Notes under the pieces: model-generated
Told to the model about the DNA's origin: nothing
Seen by the model: the letters and a program-made list of their open reading frames with translations, nothing else
Databases searched by the model: none
Shown: piece by piece, positions 63,381 to 64,000 of the stretch
How the letters are laid out: every line of letters starts with the position of its first letter
How positions within the stretch are numbered: the stretch's first letter is position 1
Translations under genes and position numbers: made by a program
Source of the DNA: a virus
Taxonomy: Duplodnaviria; Caudoviricetes
Length of the DNA stretch: 64,000 nt
Strand: one strand, 5' to 3'
Virus record (IMG/VR): IMGVR_UViG_3300014205_000174

Positions 63381-64000
63381 ATGGCGGATACAACCCTTAA
63401 GGAATTAACGGAGATTGTAGAAAATGATGGTAAAAGATTAGAAAAAAATCTTTCCATTGTAAGTGATGTTATTGTAAAGGAGGAGACTATCTATGACGGC
63501 ACCGATGCCGGAGAAGATGAATTTAAAGTGATACCCACGCCGAATTTTAGCGATGCAAAATCTGTAGGTACCGTGCTCCCTATCAACATGGTGAGCGAAA
63601 CGGTAAATAATCTTTCCCAGTTAGCCAACCAGTTTGACCTGGTAGACCATGTAAAGGAAAAACTAAATTACGCAAGCAGGATTGAGGTGATACGTATATT
63701 CTCCAGTGAGCAGGTGGACGCCATTGTGTTGGCTATCCGCCAGTTTGAGAAAGGGAATGCCTTTATCCTTGGTGATTCTGCCGGTATAGGTAAGGGCCGC
63801 GTTGTTGCGGGCATGCTTCGTTACGCATACCAGAACAAGCATATCCCTATATTCGTTACACATAAGCCATTCCTGTTTTCGGATATCTATCGCGACATTA
63901 AAAAAATAGGTGGTTTTGGCGCTGAGAAAGCTGGCAAAATCATTGAGCCGGTACCATTTATTTTAAATTCAGGCAATAAAGAAGAATGCATCATCAAGGA
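63381..64000 (+). CDS. strawberry-notch family SF2 helicase, 5' part (runs off the window)
   Basis: Open from ATG 63381: SSEQVDAIVLAI...AFILGDSAGIGKGRVVAG...LFSDIYRDI; missing from the ORF track because no stop is in the window. Confidence 0.8.
   Translation, partial: MADTTLKELTEIVENDGKRLEKNLSIVSDVIVKEETIYDGTDAGEDEFKVIPTPNFSDAKSVGTVLPINMVSETVNNLSQLANQFDLVDHVKEKLNYASRIEVIRIFSSEQVDAIVLAIRQFEKGNAFILGDSAGIGKGRVVAGMLRYAYQNKHIPIFVTHKPFLFSDIYRDIKKIGGFGAEKAGKIIEPVPFILNSGNKEECIIK

Noticed and set aside
1-64000. Stop-codon recoding, suggested by the possible TCA anticodon
   Set aside because: Long genes are intact under code 11 and TGA/TAG stops fall at abutting gene boundaries

Overview
The window looks like part of a large Bacteroidota phage, prophage or phage-plasmid. 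It is dense in short orphan genes, uses Bacteroidota-type TAnnTTTG promoters and standard code 11, and shows no capsid, terminase or integrase gene. Recognisable genes include two adenine MTases, GIY-YIG and HNH nucleases, a DUF1376-type replication initiator with palindromic iterons, a solo TnpB, GT2 and GT4 glycosyltransferases, an acyl carrier protein, a DEDD exonuclease and the start of a strawberry-notch helicase. An 8.5-kb transposase-less cargo element with 43-bp terminal inverted repeats (20517-29031) joins a truncated cytosine MTase to a truncated SUV3-like helicase; it carries DUF3800 with a probable antisense RNA and a Beta-family/sce7726 pair. The most unusual part is the right-hand 12 kb. 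It encodes a 1489-aa polyvalent protein (topoisomerase IB, ParB-like, ART-like, GNAT, ParB-like, CCA-adding/HD) whose domains are separated by a recurring [FYML]xxGGx[VIL] motif shared with the next protein. This is followed by an RNA cluster: a tRNA with an 89-nt structured insert in its anticodon loop, a probable unannotated ~180-nt ncRNA, and a circularly permuted, pseudoknot-less tmRNA (tag GNTIAFTPVYSMRKTA). At least nine sigma54-type (-24/-12) promoters sit in intergenic gaps across the window. All family calls come from motif recognition by eye; no database searches were run.
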